DNA from: Dimargaris cristalligena
Taxonomy: Eukaryota
Length of the DNA: 46,173 nt
Reading direction: 5' to 3'
Assembly: GCA_003614675.1 (NCBI GenBank)
Contig: ML002295.1
Span: 1-46,173 of the forward strand
Shown here: one piece after another, positions 11,821 through 24,269 of the stretch
Layout of the letters: every line of letters begins with the position of its first letter
How positions within the stretch are numbered: position 1 is the stretch's first letter
Made by a program: the position numbers and the translations under genes
Notes under the pieces: model-generated
The model's input: only the letters and a program-made list of their open reading frames with translations
Told to the model about the DNA's origin: nothing
Database searches by the model: none

Positions 11821-13692
11821 AAAAACATGCAGGGTCGAGGAATTTGTGATCGCCAGGTTCGTGGGGTTGAGGCATGGAACACGGAATAGAACAGCTGGAA
11901 TACAGCGGCTAGTGGCCTAAGGGATAGAGGGAAAGGGATCACCATCATCTTCTTACGAATACCATACCCCTACATCTTCTGTAACGAGTAAGCATTGGCG
12001 GAGAGGCCGACGAGGCTTCCCATCTGTCGGGCGATTGGGCCACAGCCTCTTCCTCCTAGTATGGGTCATCCCATAGTGTAGTTGATGTGTGGGGGGAAAA
12101 GAAACCCCCCACTCGTTAATTCCACGACATCTTCTGGCGGGAGTTTCCTCGGCCGGCTTAAACAGTATATACTATACATTGAGAGCGGCTAACGCTATGC
12201 TTTCGGCGGAGGGTAATAGTCCTGGGTGGCAGTTGCACCAAATACCAGAGCCAACCCCAATCAGACCATCACCTCAGTAGGCTAGGCAACAACTTGTACG
12301 GAGCACACGGTGGGGAAGCCACCCATAGTACACTGCCCCACCCACACAGTTGGACAATCCTTTACCTACTAATCTAATTATCTCCTCGACCTATAGGCCC
12401 TTTGGATGGTGACATTCATTGATAACCTTCAGTCTATCATAGAAGGCCGCAGAGTGTTCCAAAGGGGCTGCCGGGTGGATAGCAAAGGGGAATATTCCTG
12501 TACATTTCCAAAAAGGGGGAATGATTTGTGTGCGTGTGTGTGGGCAGATTAGTCCTAAATGGCGAGAGGACCCGCTGACCCCTGCCACTTAAACCTTTTG
12601 CACCGGTTAGAGGGTTAATGACGTTGCAACCCGGGAAAGGGGCAAATCAGCTGCAGCACTGTAATGTACACCGAAGTTCTACTTCGACTTCCTTTCCATT
12701 TTGCACCCCTTCCACTGACATATAGTAATAACCAGTTTCACAGGTGAGAGGATCTCCCTACCCACGCACCAATTGAGAAATGTCGGCTTGTAGAATGGAC
12801 TGATTGGGCGGTCTTCCTACGACAACAGTCCAATCAGCCCAGTCTGGTATATACACACACATCCAGCCTCTCCCACACATGAGTGTTCTGTGTCAAAAAT
12901 GCAACCATTCCGACCTGTTCTATTTTGTTCCGACGAATGGGCGTGTGTATGGGAATGGAATATCAGCTGCCGGCTCAAATTATACTCCATACAACGATAC
13001 ATAAAAAAATCCACGGATTTCCCGTTTATACACGTAAAGAATAGTACATGGACGAAGGATAGTCGCCGCAGATAGCCCAATCCCCTCCTTCGCATCCAAT
13101 GGCACTGGGATACTCACATCGGCTAATCCCTACTCCGCTCTAATAAAATCTCGGTACTCAAACGCCTACTTCTATGTTCCACTCTCGTCAATTTAACCCC
13201 AGAAACCTACCTTTAATACAGTACCATCTTGCCGTATTGCCTAATTACATCAGGTCTATATTGTTTAAATAGATAGAACACCAATGAGATCCCCCGTGGT
13301 GTGGCCCGTAAAGTCAGGCAATTGTAATCTTTACCCTTAATCAACAAGCCCCTGACTAGCCAACTGCTTCCTCACCAAAATTCGATTGGGGTTAACACAT
13401 CTTACACGAACTATTTTAACAAGCGGTTGGTTACCTATTTATTGGGCGTCTATAGAAGTAGAGGTTTTGCTAGTTTATACTAAATCGAGAAATAATTATG
13501 ATAATAAAAGAGTATACATCGGGTTAAATAAAAACACAACAGTCATTAATCAGCTATAGACTGGAACAAGCCCGCGTACCCGCTGCATTTTTGGGCCTAA
13601 TTGATTGACCGTCGTACGGCGAAATGGCCCAGCGAATCAAGCGAATCCATTACGAAATAACAGGCAGCATCACGCAGTTGTCATTTTTTCTT

Positions 13693-15129
13693 TCATAGTA
13701 CACTACTTTGAGGCGGGGTTCTACTTTTGATGAAATTGTCGATATTCAAGGTTATGGTATCTGGTTCAGACAGCCTCGCCGTATTCACCTTTACGGTAAA
13801 GTCCCGGCCTTCAATATAGACCGGCTCATCGCTAATCGTCGGGAGTTGCCCGTCGTTGTCAATCGCTAGCAGTTTCTGGTCTTTGTCACCCAGCGCGGTG
13901 TACCGGGCGGCCCATGCTTCCAACCCACATTCATAACGCAAATAGACTGCCGTATTGAAGCTGTGGGGTTCTAATGCGGCCGCCAGGTCTAGAATGAGCT
14001 TACCCATACCGATTTTGTATGGCTCGCCCCTATCGGCTTTGGATGGTTCACTCTGCAGGGGGTCCACATACTTCAGTAATCGACAGAGCTTGGCGTAATG
14101 GTTGCCGCTGGCTAACGCAAGCCCCATCCAACGGTACATGTGTATTAGTATACTTAAGTCTACCGGGCCAATTTCCGACGGGGCGAAACTGTCGCTGCCG
14201 CTATTGCTATTGGCGGGATTCTTTGGGGACGTATCTGCTAGGGTAATGGCGATCAAATCGTGGTACAGACTCCTGGAATTAGGGTCTAAATAGTCGCCCA
14301 CCAGGCCAGTCAGCCCGTTTTTAACATTGGCTACATCTCGAAGAAACTCCATGATGCTACCTAAGGCGTGGCCCCCCATGTCCTTGCGCATAAGTTCCAG
14401 GAATGGAATGGCCAGGGGTGGGCTGTTGTCGGATGAAAATGGCCCGAGATTGGTGCCCTCAAACCTCATTGTCTCGAAATGCCCCGAGACGATGTCAAAG
14501 CGTTTCTGATTCCGCTCCCTTTTCGGGGTTTGATCCCGAGCTAATCCTACGGCCATGGTATGCAAAGCCCCGGTGGCAAGTAATTCTCCAATAAAAAAGC
14601 GAGGGAGGGGGTTTGCTTTAACTAGTTGCTTCAATTGCTTGCTGGGCTTGGGTGCTTTTAAACCAGAATTAGGCTAGCATGGTTTGGTGATAAATTATTG
14701 GTGGATAATAACATATATAGTAAAATCATTTAATAAATGTTTCGCGTCTGATTACATTCAACAGGTCGAGTCCCAAGGTATGAATCAGCCGAGCTTTGGG
14801 GGCATAGTTCCCGCAAACCAGTGGTCCAGACAGTTCTCGGTGGGTAAAATCTCTCCTACCCGATAAAGGGCAAACCATTGGGACTCTATGGTAGTTGAAT
14901 AACTTACCCACGGAATTCCACTCCACAACGACTTCGGCGAACTGGGTGACTTGCTGCTTATGGTGCGACTAGAGACACTATTGGCTGGGCCCATAGCTTG
15001 GGGCGAAAATTTATATTCTGGTGGTGAATCCGGCCATGTCATTATGAATTGATTGGACTTGGTGGGCAAATCTTGAGTGGCCGATAAGACACAGTTGGCG
15101 AATAAAAGAAGGCTCCATACTTGCAGCAT
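13693..15129 (-). CDS. Orphan predicted secreted protein, about 400 aa
   Basis: Exon 15129-14908 begins with signal-peptide-like MLQVWSLLLFANCVLSA and ends at a GTAAGT donor (14907). A CTAG acceptor at 14674 joins it in phase 0 to the long open exon 14673-13693 (PNSGLKAPKPSKQLKQLVKANPLPRFF...). An additional small internal exon is possible. No family recognised. Confidence 0.65.
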
Positions 15130-16519
15130 TTTGTAGTAGTCGAAATAAAAAAGAATGGCAAGAGAAATAGATTTTAACCTTATAATAAATTTTAAGTGAA
15201 CCTTTAGTTTACTAATGGTGTAAATGGTGAAAATAAGTAGCATGAGGTATATGTACAGAGCCATATAAATATGGGGTCTGTGAGATAGTGGGCATGGTTG
15301 GGAGGCCTATGTGTTGTATTTATAATTGTGGTAGTTGCCCCTAGTATAGTATACCAGCCGGGAACCCGTGGTCAACAACAGCGCGAAATAGGCCCTTGTT
15401 ACAGTTGATAAGCTGTGTGAAGCGAACTAGTGTAGATAAAGAAGGGATAGTTGGTGAAATAATTGTAATTTTGGGTTAGTAATGTACTGCAACAGCCGAC
15501 AGAGTTTGGGCTATAAGTAGGTTATATTCATTTGATTCGTCGAAACGACCATTCCGAGTCGCTCAAATAAAGAGAGGGTGGGGCTGGGAGCTGGAGTCCG
15601 GCTCTAGGAACGATTGAGTATCGGAAACGCGGACCCTGGAGACCAAGTGACCGGCTCTACGGAGGACTGGGCCCCGGGAGACTATGTGGAAAGCGGCCGA
15701 CTACCCTCTCCCTAAATTATAGAGAGGTGGGTCTTGACAAACTATATTCAATGATAGTGTTGCACACGGCTATGGGCGAAAGGCATCCACCAGGAGGGGG
15801 TTCAAGTGCCGGTTGACTAATCGGAAATATTACCAATGGGAGAGAGTTACTAATGAACCAACCGATACTAGGGAATAATGAATGGCATAGCCCGGATAAC
15901 TACAAGCTAGCTGGGCGAACGTTGAATAAGTGTCGTCGAATTTGGTTGAAAAATGGAATACTTTATGTGGGCAGTATCCCTCTATCCAACGGAAGTAATA
16001 TAAACTGTTTTAAGAGAAAGGCGTAGAGTACACAGACAAAGCCTAGTCCCTCTGTACTAGTAATGTTAGCAACGGGCGCAGCGGAAGGGCACGGCATTTA
16101 TCGGGGGTTGGACTGTGGAGTGGCTATTACCAGATTCGGATAGGTCCATAGTTGGGTACCTAATAACTATCCCCCTTTTTCACCCAGTTTTTGTGTTCCC
16201 TATTCATGTGCTGTTTAAAATTAGCCAACCGCCACTACACCCATTAACCTGACAGCAGTCCGCCCAAGGCTTACGGCCCTCTAGATATGCTATGAAATTC
16301 GTCGCAGGAAATTATCGGAGGGAATTAGCCCATGGCTCGGAGATGTGGTCTGCCTGCCGACGGAGATCTACATTGTCTTGGCTAAGGTTGCGCTTGCGAT
16401 TTTGATACCGTCACACAGTGGGGTGCCATCTGCACTCGGTGGCCAGTTCAATTTGCCTCCCCATCTCCCACACCTTCACCACAGCGTATATACTTTAGGC
16501 AGACCATGTCTACGTGTTA

Positions 16520-16658
16520 ATACGGGTGGAATTCAGTGCAGCTGTATAAGGTTTTGGATGATACGCATATGTGAAAATATAAGAGATTCATTAACCAGTA
16601 GGTTTTCCCTCATCCAACGGATTTATCGCTATATAGCGTGGTTGAACCTTTCCCATAC
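16520..16658. mobile_element. MITE-like element, copy 1 (139 bp)
   Basis: Left end ATACGGGTGGAATTCAGTGCAGCTGTATAAGGTTTT, internal TTAACCAGTA...CTCATCCAACGGATTT, right end CTATATAGCGTGGTTGAACCTTTCCCATAC. Colinear with the copies at 17435, 18134 and 32823. Confidence 0.7.
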
Positions 16659-17434
16659 CCTCCCGCTCCCTTTTCCACCCAGTTTCCATTAAAAAAGGCC
16701 AGCGGAGGGTTAGAGTTGATCCTAGAATGCCTAAAACTAGGCCCCCTTCGCGTAATAGTTGAGCCTTTCCGTTGACCCTCCATTGTCTCGTACTACCACC
16801 CAGATATGCCGATAACTCGCTTTTCCCACCTTTTGTAATGGCTCATCTAATGTACCAGTTGTATACACCGAAAAACGTCGAATATCCCCCTAAATCACCA
16901 CCCTCTGCGGAGCGGTCCCCAAGGTTGATATTTCTGCCGTTTTGGGGATGGGGGTAGATGGCCCCTATAATAAGTACGTACAAGTTGAGCAATATGAGCA
17001 GCTACAAACGTGGTACGCATTTTTGAGCCACGCCGGTTACCTTGTTATCAAAGGAAGGCCTCACTCTGTGTGTGGGTAAACCGATGGCGATTGGGCCCTT
17101 TTACCGATAGCCTTCGCATTGAAAAATGAATGGATTGGGTTAGAAAAATTAGGGAGGGAGGGGGGTTCAAGACCTTGATACAAATATATGTATATAAAAA
17201 GCACCATCCGCTGATTGGTTTCTAAAAAGACGCGACCACTATATTGGTTAACAATATAGCCTAATTCCACTAAGTAACTGTTTGCTTCCCTTCTTCAAAA
17301 CACCGCCAAGAACTCCCAGACTTAACCAACTGTGTACCCAATATGAAGCATAGCTATAACTACTATATCATATATAGATATTTTCAACTCCTCTTGTTGG
17401 CCCGAATTCTGGCCTTACTATTAGCCATCGTTCC

Positions 17435-17565
17435 ATTTGGTTGAAATTGAATCCAGCTGTATAGGGTTTTAAATGATAATGGGTGGGATATGTATTTTTA
17501 ACCAGTATTATTCGTTTCATCCAACAGATTTTTCGTTATACGGTCTGGATGAACTTCACCTATAT
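17435..17565. mobile_element. MITE-like element, copy 2 (131 bp)
   Basis: Left end ATTTGGTTGAAATTGAATCCAGCTGTATAGGGTTTT, internal TTAACCAGTA...TTCATCCAACAGATTTTTCG, right end TTATACGGTCTGGATGAACTTCACCTATAT. Confidence 0.72.
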
Positions 17566-18133
17566 GGTTTTGAGTGGAATCGGCGGTACAGGGGTAGTAG
17601 AAGGGTGGGGGTGACCCACTATAGTTAACAAGTGGGATATTTCCGATCCTAATGAACCAAGTATCATTGGCCGTATATGACAGGTGATTGATTACTCCAC
17701 AACAGTCGGACATCCATACCGTTGGTGTGACCTTCGCCGAGCAACGGATACCTGCTATACGGGGTAGAAACGCTGGTGAAATCCTATGTGAGTCCTAAAT
17801 AGGTGTATTGGGCTATATACTATTGAGATGGGTACAGGTAGTAACTGTGGAAAAAGGTCGCAGACGCGGGTTCTTGGGTAATTCCGGCTACGCTCCTTTA
17901 AATCACACGCCAACCGACCGATCCAACGGCCCACCCAGTCCTCTTATTTAATTTTACACCCGTCCTGCAGTGTAGTCATTGAAGCTATTATGCCCAGTGA
18001 TCCCAAACGACTGCTGGTTTATGAAGAAAGGTGAAGGCGTAGGAAGCAAGGAATATAACCCACCCGCGTCCTACAAATGTACAAACGCACTGTGTAAGGG
18101 GAGAATATGAATTAGTAGAAATTAAATGTATTG

Positions 18134-18277
18134 AAATGGGAGAAGTTCATCCAAGCTGTATAACGAAAAATCCATTTGATGAGGCAAGTACTACTGGTTG
18201 AAAATAAACATCCCACCGATTTTCCTATACACGTACCGGTTAAAACCTTATACAACCAAGCTGAACTTCACCCAAAT
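18134..18277. mobile_element. MITE-like element, copy 3 (144 bp), opposite orientation to the other copies
   Basis: Sequence AAATGGGAGAAGTTCATCCAAGCTGTATAACGAAAAATCCATTTGATGAGG...TACTGGTT...AAAACCTTATACAACCAAGCTGAACTTCACCCAAAT, which is the reverse complement of the other copies. Confidence 0.75.
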
Positions 18278-18550
18278 GTATCTATAAACGAGTACCTCCT
18301 GACAGTAGTCGACACTCGAAAAAAAATATGATGTAACGTATAAATCCAATAAAACGGAAGTCGGAGGCAATAGCTTCCAAGTATATAATCTACAATCCAA
18401 CTAGTCGTTATTTGCTGCCTTACCAATTTGCACGGCCGACGGTGAAACTGGATGTGTCAAGCAAAAAATAATAATACTGGGTATGGGGCAGAGTTGGGGA
18501 GGAAGCGGGGATATCTAGGTTGGAAAGGAATGAAAGGGGGTGGGGGGGGA

Positions 18551-19801
18551 TTACAAGTACGAGGTCAGCATTTTATTAGCCATTTCGCGGGAATTCACTT
18601 CCAGAGTCATATCCTCCAACTCCAGGGTCTGAAGATTGTATACCCATCCGTGAAGGGTCAGCGGTATTTTACTCTCCTCCCAACGGGTCTGTACGACGGG
18701 GGAGTGGGCGATTTCGTAGAGCGATTGACGCACGTTCAAATCAATCAGCGCCCGCTGGCGTTCGGCCTCGCGACAATCCACCGAGGTGGCCTCGGAGGCG
18801 CCGTGGGAGCAGGTCGACGAAGGGGGGGACGGTGGGGGGATACGAGGGATGAGACGCTTGAGCCTTTCCAGCCAGGGGTCCAAGTACGCCCCGACCGACT
18901 GGCCAGCCAGCGCGGCTTGCACGCCGCCGCACTTAGTGTGCCCACAGACTACCACGTGCTGCACGCCGAGGTGGCGGACAGCGTATTCGAGCACCGACAT
19001 GCTGCTGGAGTCGCCCCGGTGCACTACATTGGCGATGTTGCGTTGCACAAAGAGGTCACCCAAGGTGCAGTCCGCTACGACTTCGGGGGAGGCCCGGGAA
19101 TCCGAACAGCCTGGTAGTATCCATTTGGTGGTTAATGGTGGTGTCGGAATAGGAATGATTGGGGTAGGCAATGTAGGGTTAGTTCGATACCGTGACAAAG
19201 GGGAGGCACAGAGCGAGAAGGTGGTGGTAAGTTGGTCTTGAATACGAGGCCTTTTCCACACTACTTCTGGGCTGAGATTAAGAACCAATGATAGGCGGCC
19301 TCCTCTAATACTTTCCCCACCAACGTTGGATTTATGGGGAGAAACCACTGGTGGGGAGGGGAGGAGTAATCTACATTATGGCTTTAGCCAATGGGTGACC
19401 CAGTTCGGCACGTGGTGCACATAATATTTCCCAGCGGCTTTCCCCAAGAGCAGTCCTCCCAAAACCAGTCAGCAGTACAACGCTGTTGTCCTACCGGGCG
19501 GAGAAGCACCTGTTTGCTGCTAAACATACTCACTCGCATAAGGTAGAGGCAGTAGCACTGGTCACTTCCCCATTCGGAGGCCGTCGAAGGAACCCCGCGG
19601 TAAAAAAAAAGGATATGGGGCCACGCATGAGGTGAGAGTATATAGTTAAAAGGTACAGGAATGGGTTGTTGAGCAATACTTACCGTACCAAAGAATCGTG
19701 GGGGCTTGGCCCTGGGCGGTACGGGCGGCTAAAGTGGGGTACTTCTTCTTAAATGAGGCGGCCCAGACCTGGTTCTGGCGTAGAATTCGTTCCAACGGCA
19801 T
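18551..19801 (-). CDS. NCE103: Beta-class carbonic anhydrase (Nce103/Can-type), 2 exons, 225 aa
   Basis: Exon 19801-19684 (MPLERILRQNQVWAASF...GQAPTILWYG) splices across a 573 nt GT-AG intron to exon 19110-18551. Zn motifs CSDSR and HTKCGG are present, plus GDLFVQRNIAN, LEYAV and LHGWVY. Confidence 0.93.
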
Positions 19802-22800
19802 ATTAAATAGGAGGAGTTTAAGAGAAAATGGAGAAAACGGTGAAAGCGGAGGCGGGGAAAATAAAAGGTAAAACTAGACACACTGGGTGATACCCTATAT
19901 AGTTCGGCCTAATTTCTGTCAATATATAAACGAGATGATATCTCTTGAGACTGATCTTTATTTCTATAACGCCCATGAGGTAGTTAACCTATTGGAGTCA
20001 CATGATCTCATCAGTACAAACATAGCCTCTCCCCCTATACTATGATCCATCCATTGCTTACTAAGTTACGATTAGGCCAAAGGGGGCTGGAGCTACTAAC
20101 GGATTTCCGAAGGGGGGGGAGGGGTATTTAGATAGATAAAGGATAATATAATTTTATTGAAGGATGCTGAACTTGTAATCATTAATTTGTTCTTCTCTTA
20201 TACCCTGGGTTCATCTACACCAGTGGTTTAGCTAGTAGTTGCTCAATGCCTGTACGCAGATGTATTTAAGCTGGTGAGGTCAGTTGACCATCCCGACCCT
20301 GGGTGATTGACCCTGCCCAGCATTTGCAACTGCATCACGTCGAGACCCGGTGGGCTGGTTGGGTCGGGCATTGCGTCGTTGAGCAGAAAAGCCGGGGTTC
20401 TCGGCGGGAGGTTCAAGTCCATCGCAGAGTCAACGAGAGATTTAAGGGTCAGAACGCTGAGGATTTTATGCATATTATTTTAAAGAAAAATAGGGTAATA
20501 AGCTGAGTGCAATAAGCAATGTTATAGACGAAATATTGGTGGAATAATCAATAATAACCATCTTGGTGATGATGAACGACGGAAATGAAGACATCAGTGG
20601 GGCTACTCTTAGTTCGCCCTTGGCTGATAACCCACTATTTCTCAGTTCGGCGGAACTGCGGGGATTTTATATGAGAAAAGTGATAATTCAATGGTGAACC
20701 GCTGGATACTTGGAATTCTGATGCTGCTGTCTGTACTCTTTGGGTCGATATTGGATGGTGCTGTTGAATGAGACGAGACCTTTGGTGTTGATCAATGACA
20801 AATAACTAACTGGAATACTTCGATTGACGAAGAAATAAGATATTGAGCTATGAATAGCAATCCTCAAATAGAATAGTCAAATGGCCGGCCTTGCCACCAT
20901 TTTCTGATAAAAGCTGGGAATTCTACAAAGAAATCGATAAAAAAATGGTAAAGAGTACTTAATGAATCTTTGGCTTTACAAGACCAAATAAATGAATGTG
21001 ATTGAATGAACCATGTTAAACATTGATAATGGAAATACAACTAGTAATGGAATTAGGTACCTAATTAAACTTTTCACTGCCTGCACTCTGTAGCCCTACA
21101 TAAGTATTGCGAGGAGAGCAGGTTCTAATTTTGAAAGGGCCCAACTACGAGGGCTGTGACTTAGTGCAGTTGAGGTTTTCATAAAGTGCTGTGGTACTAG
21201 TGGGGAGCTTAGCTTCAGCAGAGGGGGTTGTTGTAGCCTTGTGCTTTAGGCGGTACTCCTGGGCATTGGATCGATCAGCAAAAACTTAGTAGTGTAATTC
21301 CTAAAAATATTTAATGGTGGATTACCCAGCGGCGATATTGGTGGGTAGAAAATCTCGGCGGGTAGTTAGGGATTGAAGGAGTAGAGTATTTGGAAAGGCT
21401 CCATGATAGTAGAAGTGTACTGCTATTGACAGTGATGTTGTCATTAGTGGAGGAGTGATCCCTGAGCAAACTGAGAGGAGACAAAACCGGTTGATGAATC
21501 AATCGGCCCTTAGCTACTACCTACCAATTGATCCTCGATGACTATTTTTTATATAATTTGATTCATTTAAAGCACTGAACAGCTTCTAAATATACTGCAC
21601 CAGGCTGCGAGTTAGTTATTTTTGTCGTGTTTAGACTATTTTTAGTGTATCAGTAAATTTACAAAAACTTCCTGAGAGGGTTATACAGCCACTGGACAAG
21701 GCCGGCCATTCGATTCCATCTACTAGAGTGTCCCACCGGGTCCATATATGGCAATTGCCCTCCGCACTGCAAGTAGTGAACAGTTTCCACCCCAGTCCAC
21801 CGACTCAAGTAAAAAAAGCAAATAACAAAAACGCACAAATTAGGAATTAACACGCAATGCCCCGAGCTCTATTTAGGTCGTTAGCATAATTACTGTGGTC
21901 TTGGAAAGTCCCCCCTTGCCACTATCGTTATTTCAGCCCCACTTGGCCTGTGTGTTACAGTATGGACCTTCAATACACATGCGCGTTTGTTGTTGTTTGT
22001 CGCTTGCTCATCGAAAATCGGGAGGTCCTTGGATTAACATCCGGTTTTGTATTGTTTAAAAAAATCACATTCGAGGAAGTATGTGATCTACCCCTAAAAG
22101 TAAAAGGATATGGAATGGTTAGATTACGGGATACGAAAGATGACGGTAGCTGGATTTTGGTGTAACGGAGAGCATAGCCAAGCGTACTTCCACGGACGCA
22201 CGTTCGGTATATTTAATCGTCAGATATAATCCCGAAAAAGGCTGGGGTCAGGGACGGGAAACGGGGTGTTCATTCACTGGTTCGCCGCAGGGATATGACT
22301 GATCACCAGTCGGCTAATATTACCAAAGGAGGGAAGGTGTGCTGGATTAGGCAACCGGTATGGAGCCGATTTCCAGGTGAGGACAGCCAGTGTCCATTTA
22401 TTTACCAATGCGGACCGGCTTCCTTGCATCGGTTCATCAGTTTACGGCCCTAGGCTTGTTAAGTATTAATAGGGACCGGAGTGTGGATTGCCTACACTCC
22501 AAGTATGGTTTTTGCTCTGCCTTCGAACCCTGCATCTTCCCCTCTCGGAATGAATAAGGTCCCAGTGCGCAAGGATCGTTTATCCCAACTACCCATATTT
22601 CTGCGTCTCTCCTTCCCATCTCGGAACGCATTAGGAAAACCCTGTTGCGGGTGGTGATTGCCTTAGCTCCACCGTAAAGTTGGATAATCCCTACTTGCAC
22701 CCGTGCTCATTGGCCCCTCCTCCCTTATTCGCCACCCGTTTCACTGAGCATGTACCACTTTAATGGATCACTCCATGGCTCTGGCCCCAGGCACTAAAAG

Positions 22801-23010
22801 GCAGCATTGGCCAGTGTAATATGGGGGACCGGGTGCGTTTAACTAGCGCACGACAGCAACAGCCGACAGAAGCCACCCCTCATGCCTTATCCATTTCTAG
22901 CGGTGTTCTTGATCGGCATGAACACTCGGCCTAACAGTTAAAGTTCCTTTTTCCGGTTCATCATGCGATCTCTGAGACCCTTGGGTGAGGAGGAGTTCTT
23001 TAATGGCCAT

Positions 23011-23033
23011 CCAATCCCTTCTACATATATAAA
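23011..23033 (+). promoter_or_regulatory. CCAAT and TATA box candidate for the small secreted protein gene
   Basis: CCAAT at 23011-23015 and TATATAAA at 23026-23033, followed by a C/T-rich leader and ACCATGG at 23241-23247. Confidence 0.5.
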
Positions 23034-23243
23034 CCGGGAGGGGCCCGGCTAACTAAGTCATCACCATCCCCTCAGTTCACCAACCTATAACTCACCCCCT
23101 CACATTACCCCGGTCTATCCCATTAACACCCTCGTCCCCAAGTGCTCGGCTCTATCTCAATCGCAGTTCCCTTCATTAGTGAATTGCGACTTACCACACC
23201 ACACCTATCGCACCCCCTCCCCCCCTTCGCACACATTATAACC

Positions 23244-23528
23244 ATGGTATCTACCCGTTGCTTTCTCGCCGTTGCGTGTGGTTTGATCCTGACCCTCCTT
23301 TCGAGTTCGCCCGCGGCCGGCGTCCCCGTCCCCGTCACCACCGCCACCACCAGCTTGGCTACCGATAACTCCGCCGGGGATGCCACTAGCCAAACTTCGA
23401 CCAAGCCCGTGGCTGTCGAAGATACTCTTCATGCCGGTATGAATGGCGGACCCCCCGACCAGTCGGGAGGCACCACGCTCTTCCTATCCATCATGGGTTC
23501 TAACTTCTTCAAAAGCACCACCTTTTAA
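23244..23528 (+). CDS. Small secreted protein, 94 aa, unknown family
   Basis: ACCATGG start context and signal-peptide-like MVSTRCFLAVACGLILTLLSSSPAAG, then VPVP, a T/S-rich linker and C-terminal GGTTLFLSIMGSNFFKSTTF. Third positions are C-rich like the neighbouring genes. TATA box upstream and AATAAA at 23868. Confidence 0.72.
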   Translation: MVSTRCFLAVACGLILTLLSSSPAAGVPVPVTTATTSLATDNSAGDATSQTSTKPVAVEDTLHAGMNGGPPDQSGGTTLFLSIMGSNFFKSTTF

Positions 23529-24269
23529 TAGCTTCGAATAACGTTAAATTGCTTTCCACTGGGTGGTTTTTCGGCTCCGCTACCTTGACCCCCCTAATCA
23601 ACATAATACTTGACATTTCCACTGACGAATACGCATGTTCACCGGGTGGACCATATTTGAAACCAATGTGGTCGAATTTGATATTCGACCACTGAGTTTG
23701 ACCTTTCTACTCACAATTCCTTAATCTCGCAGGCCCTTCTCACCTGTTTAATTTTCCAAAGCGAGCTTTAGCTTTCTTTATTTCCTTTTTTTTAAAAAAA
23801 TATATAATGACACTACTACTAGGCACCTAATTGTATTAGCAAGTATTTAAAGCCCCGCATGTTAATGAATAAACATCCCTTACATAACTAAAGAAGTAAA
23901 GATTTCCGGAATGGCGCTAGTATATAGCTGCTACTGATGGGTTCGTTAAAATCGCCCCATCCAATCTAGTGAGTCTTAGTTCCTTCATCTAAGGCCACCA
24001 GAGGCGTGTCGGCTTAAAAACCCATGGAGTAGAGGTTTATTGGGTGAGAAGGGGGACTATAAAAGTAGCAAACTTAAGGGCGCGGAATAGATATAATAAG
24101 CGAGTACCATGGTTATCAACGGGATTTACGAAGTTCGAAGAAAAGTACACAAAAACCAAAACTAAACGGGTGACTATATTGCCAGGAAGAGGCGCGCCTG
24201 GGGTCTGCCGTAGCTGCACAATAAGAAACGGGGATGGAAAATAAACATCTCCATTAGATCAAACCTCGT

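Noticed and set aside
17498..17713. 71-aa ORF MSDCCGVINH...
   Set aside because: Its 3' part is simply the MITE-like copy 2 sequence; a chance ORF.
19606..19616. ATATCCTTT (U12-type donor consensus) on the minus strand inside the carbonic anhydrase intron
   Set aside because: The flanking GT-AG intron already gives a complete in-frame protein, and I found no matching U12 branch point or acceptor.
20243..20900. Short ORFs with somewhat coding-like composition, possible pseudogene
   Set aside because: No recognisable motif or consistent splice model, and stops occur in all frames; cannot be supported without TBLASTN.
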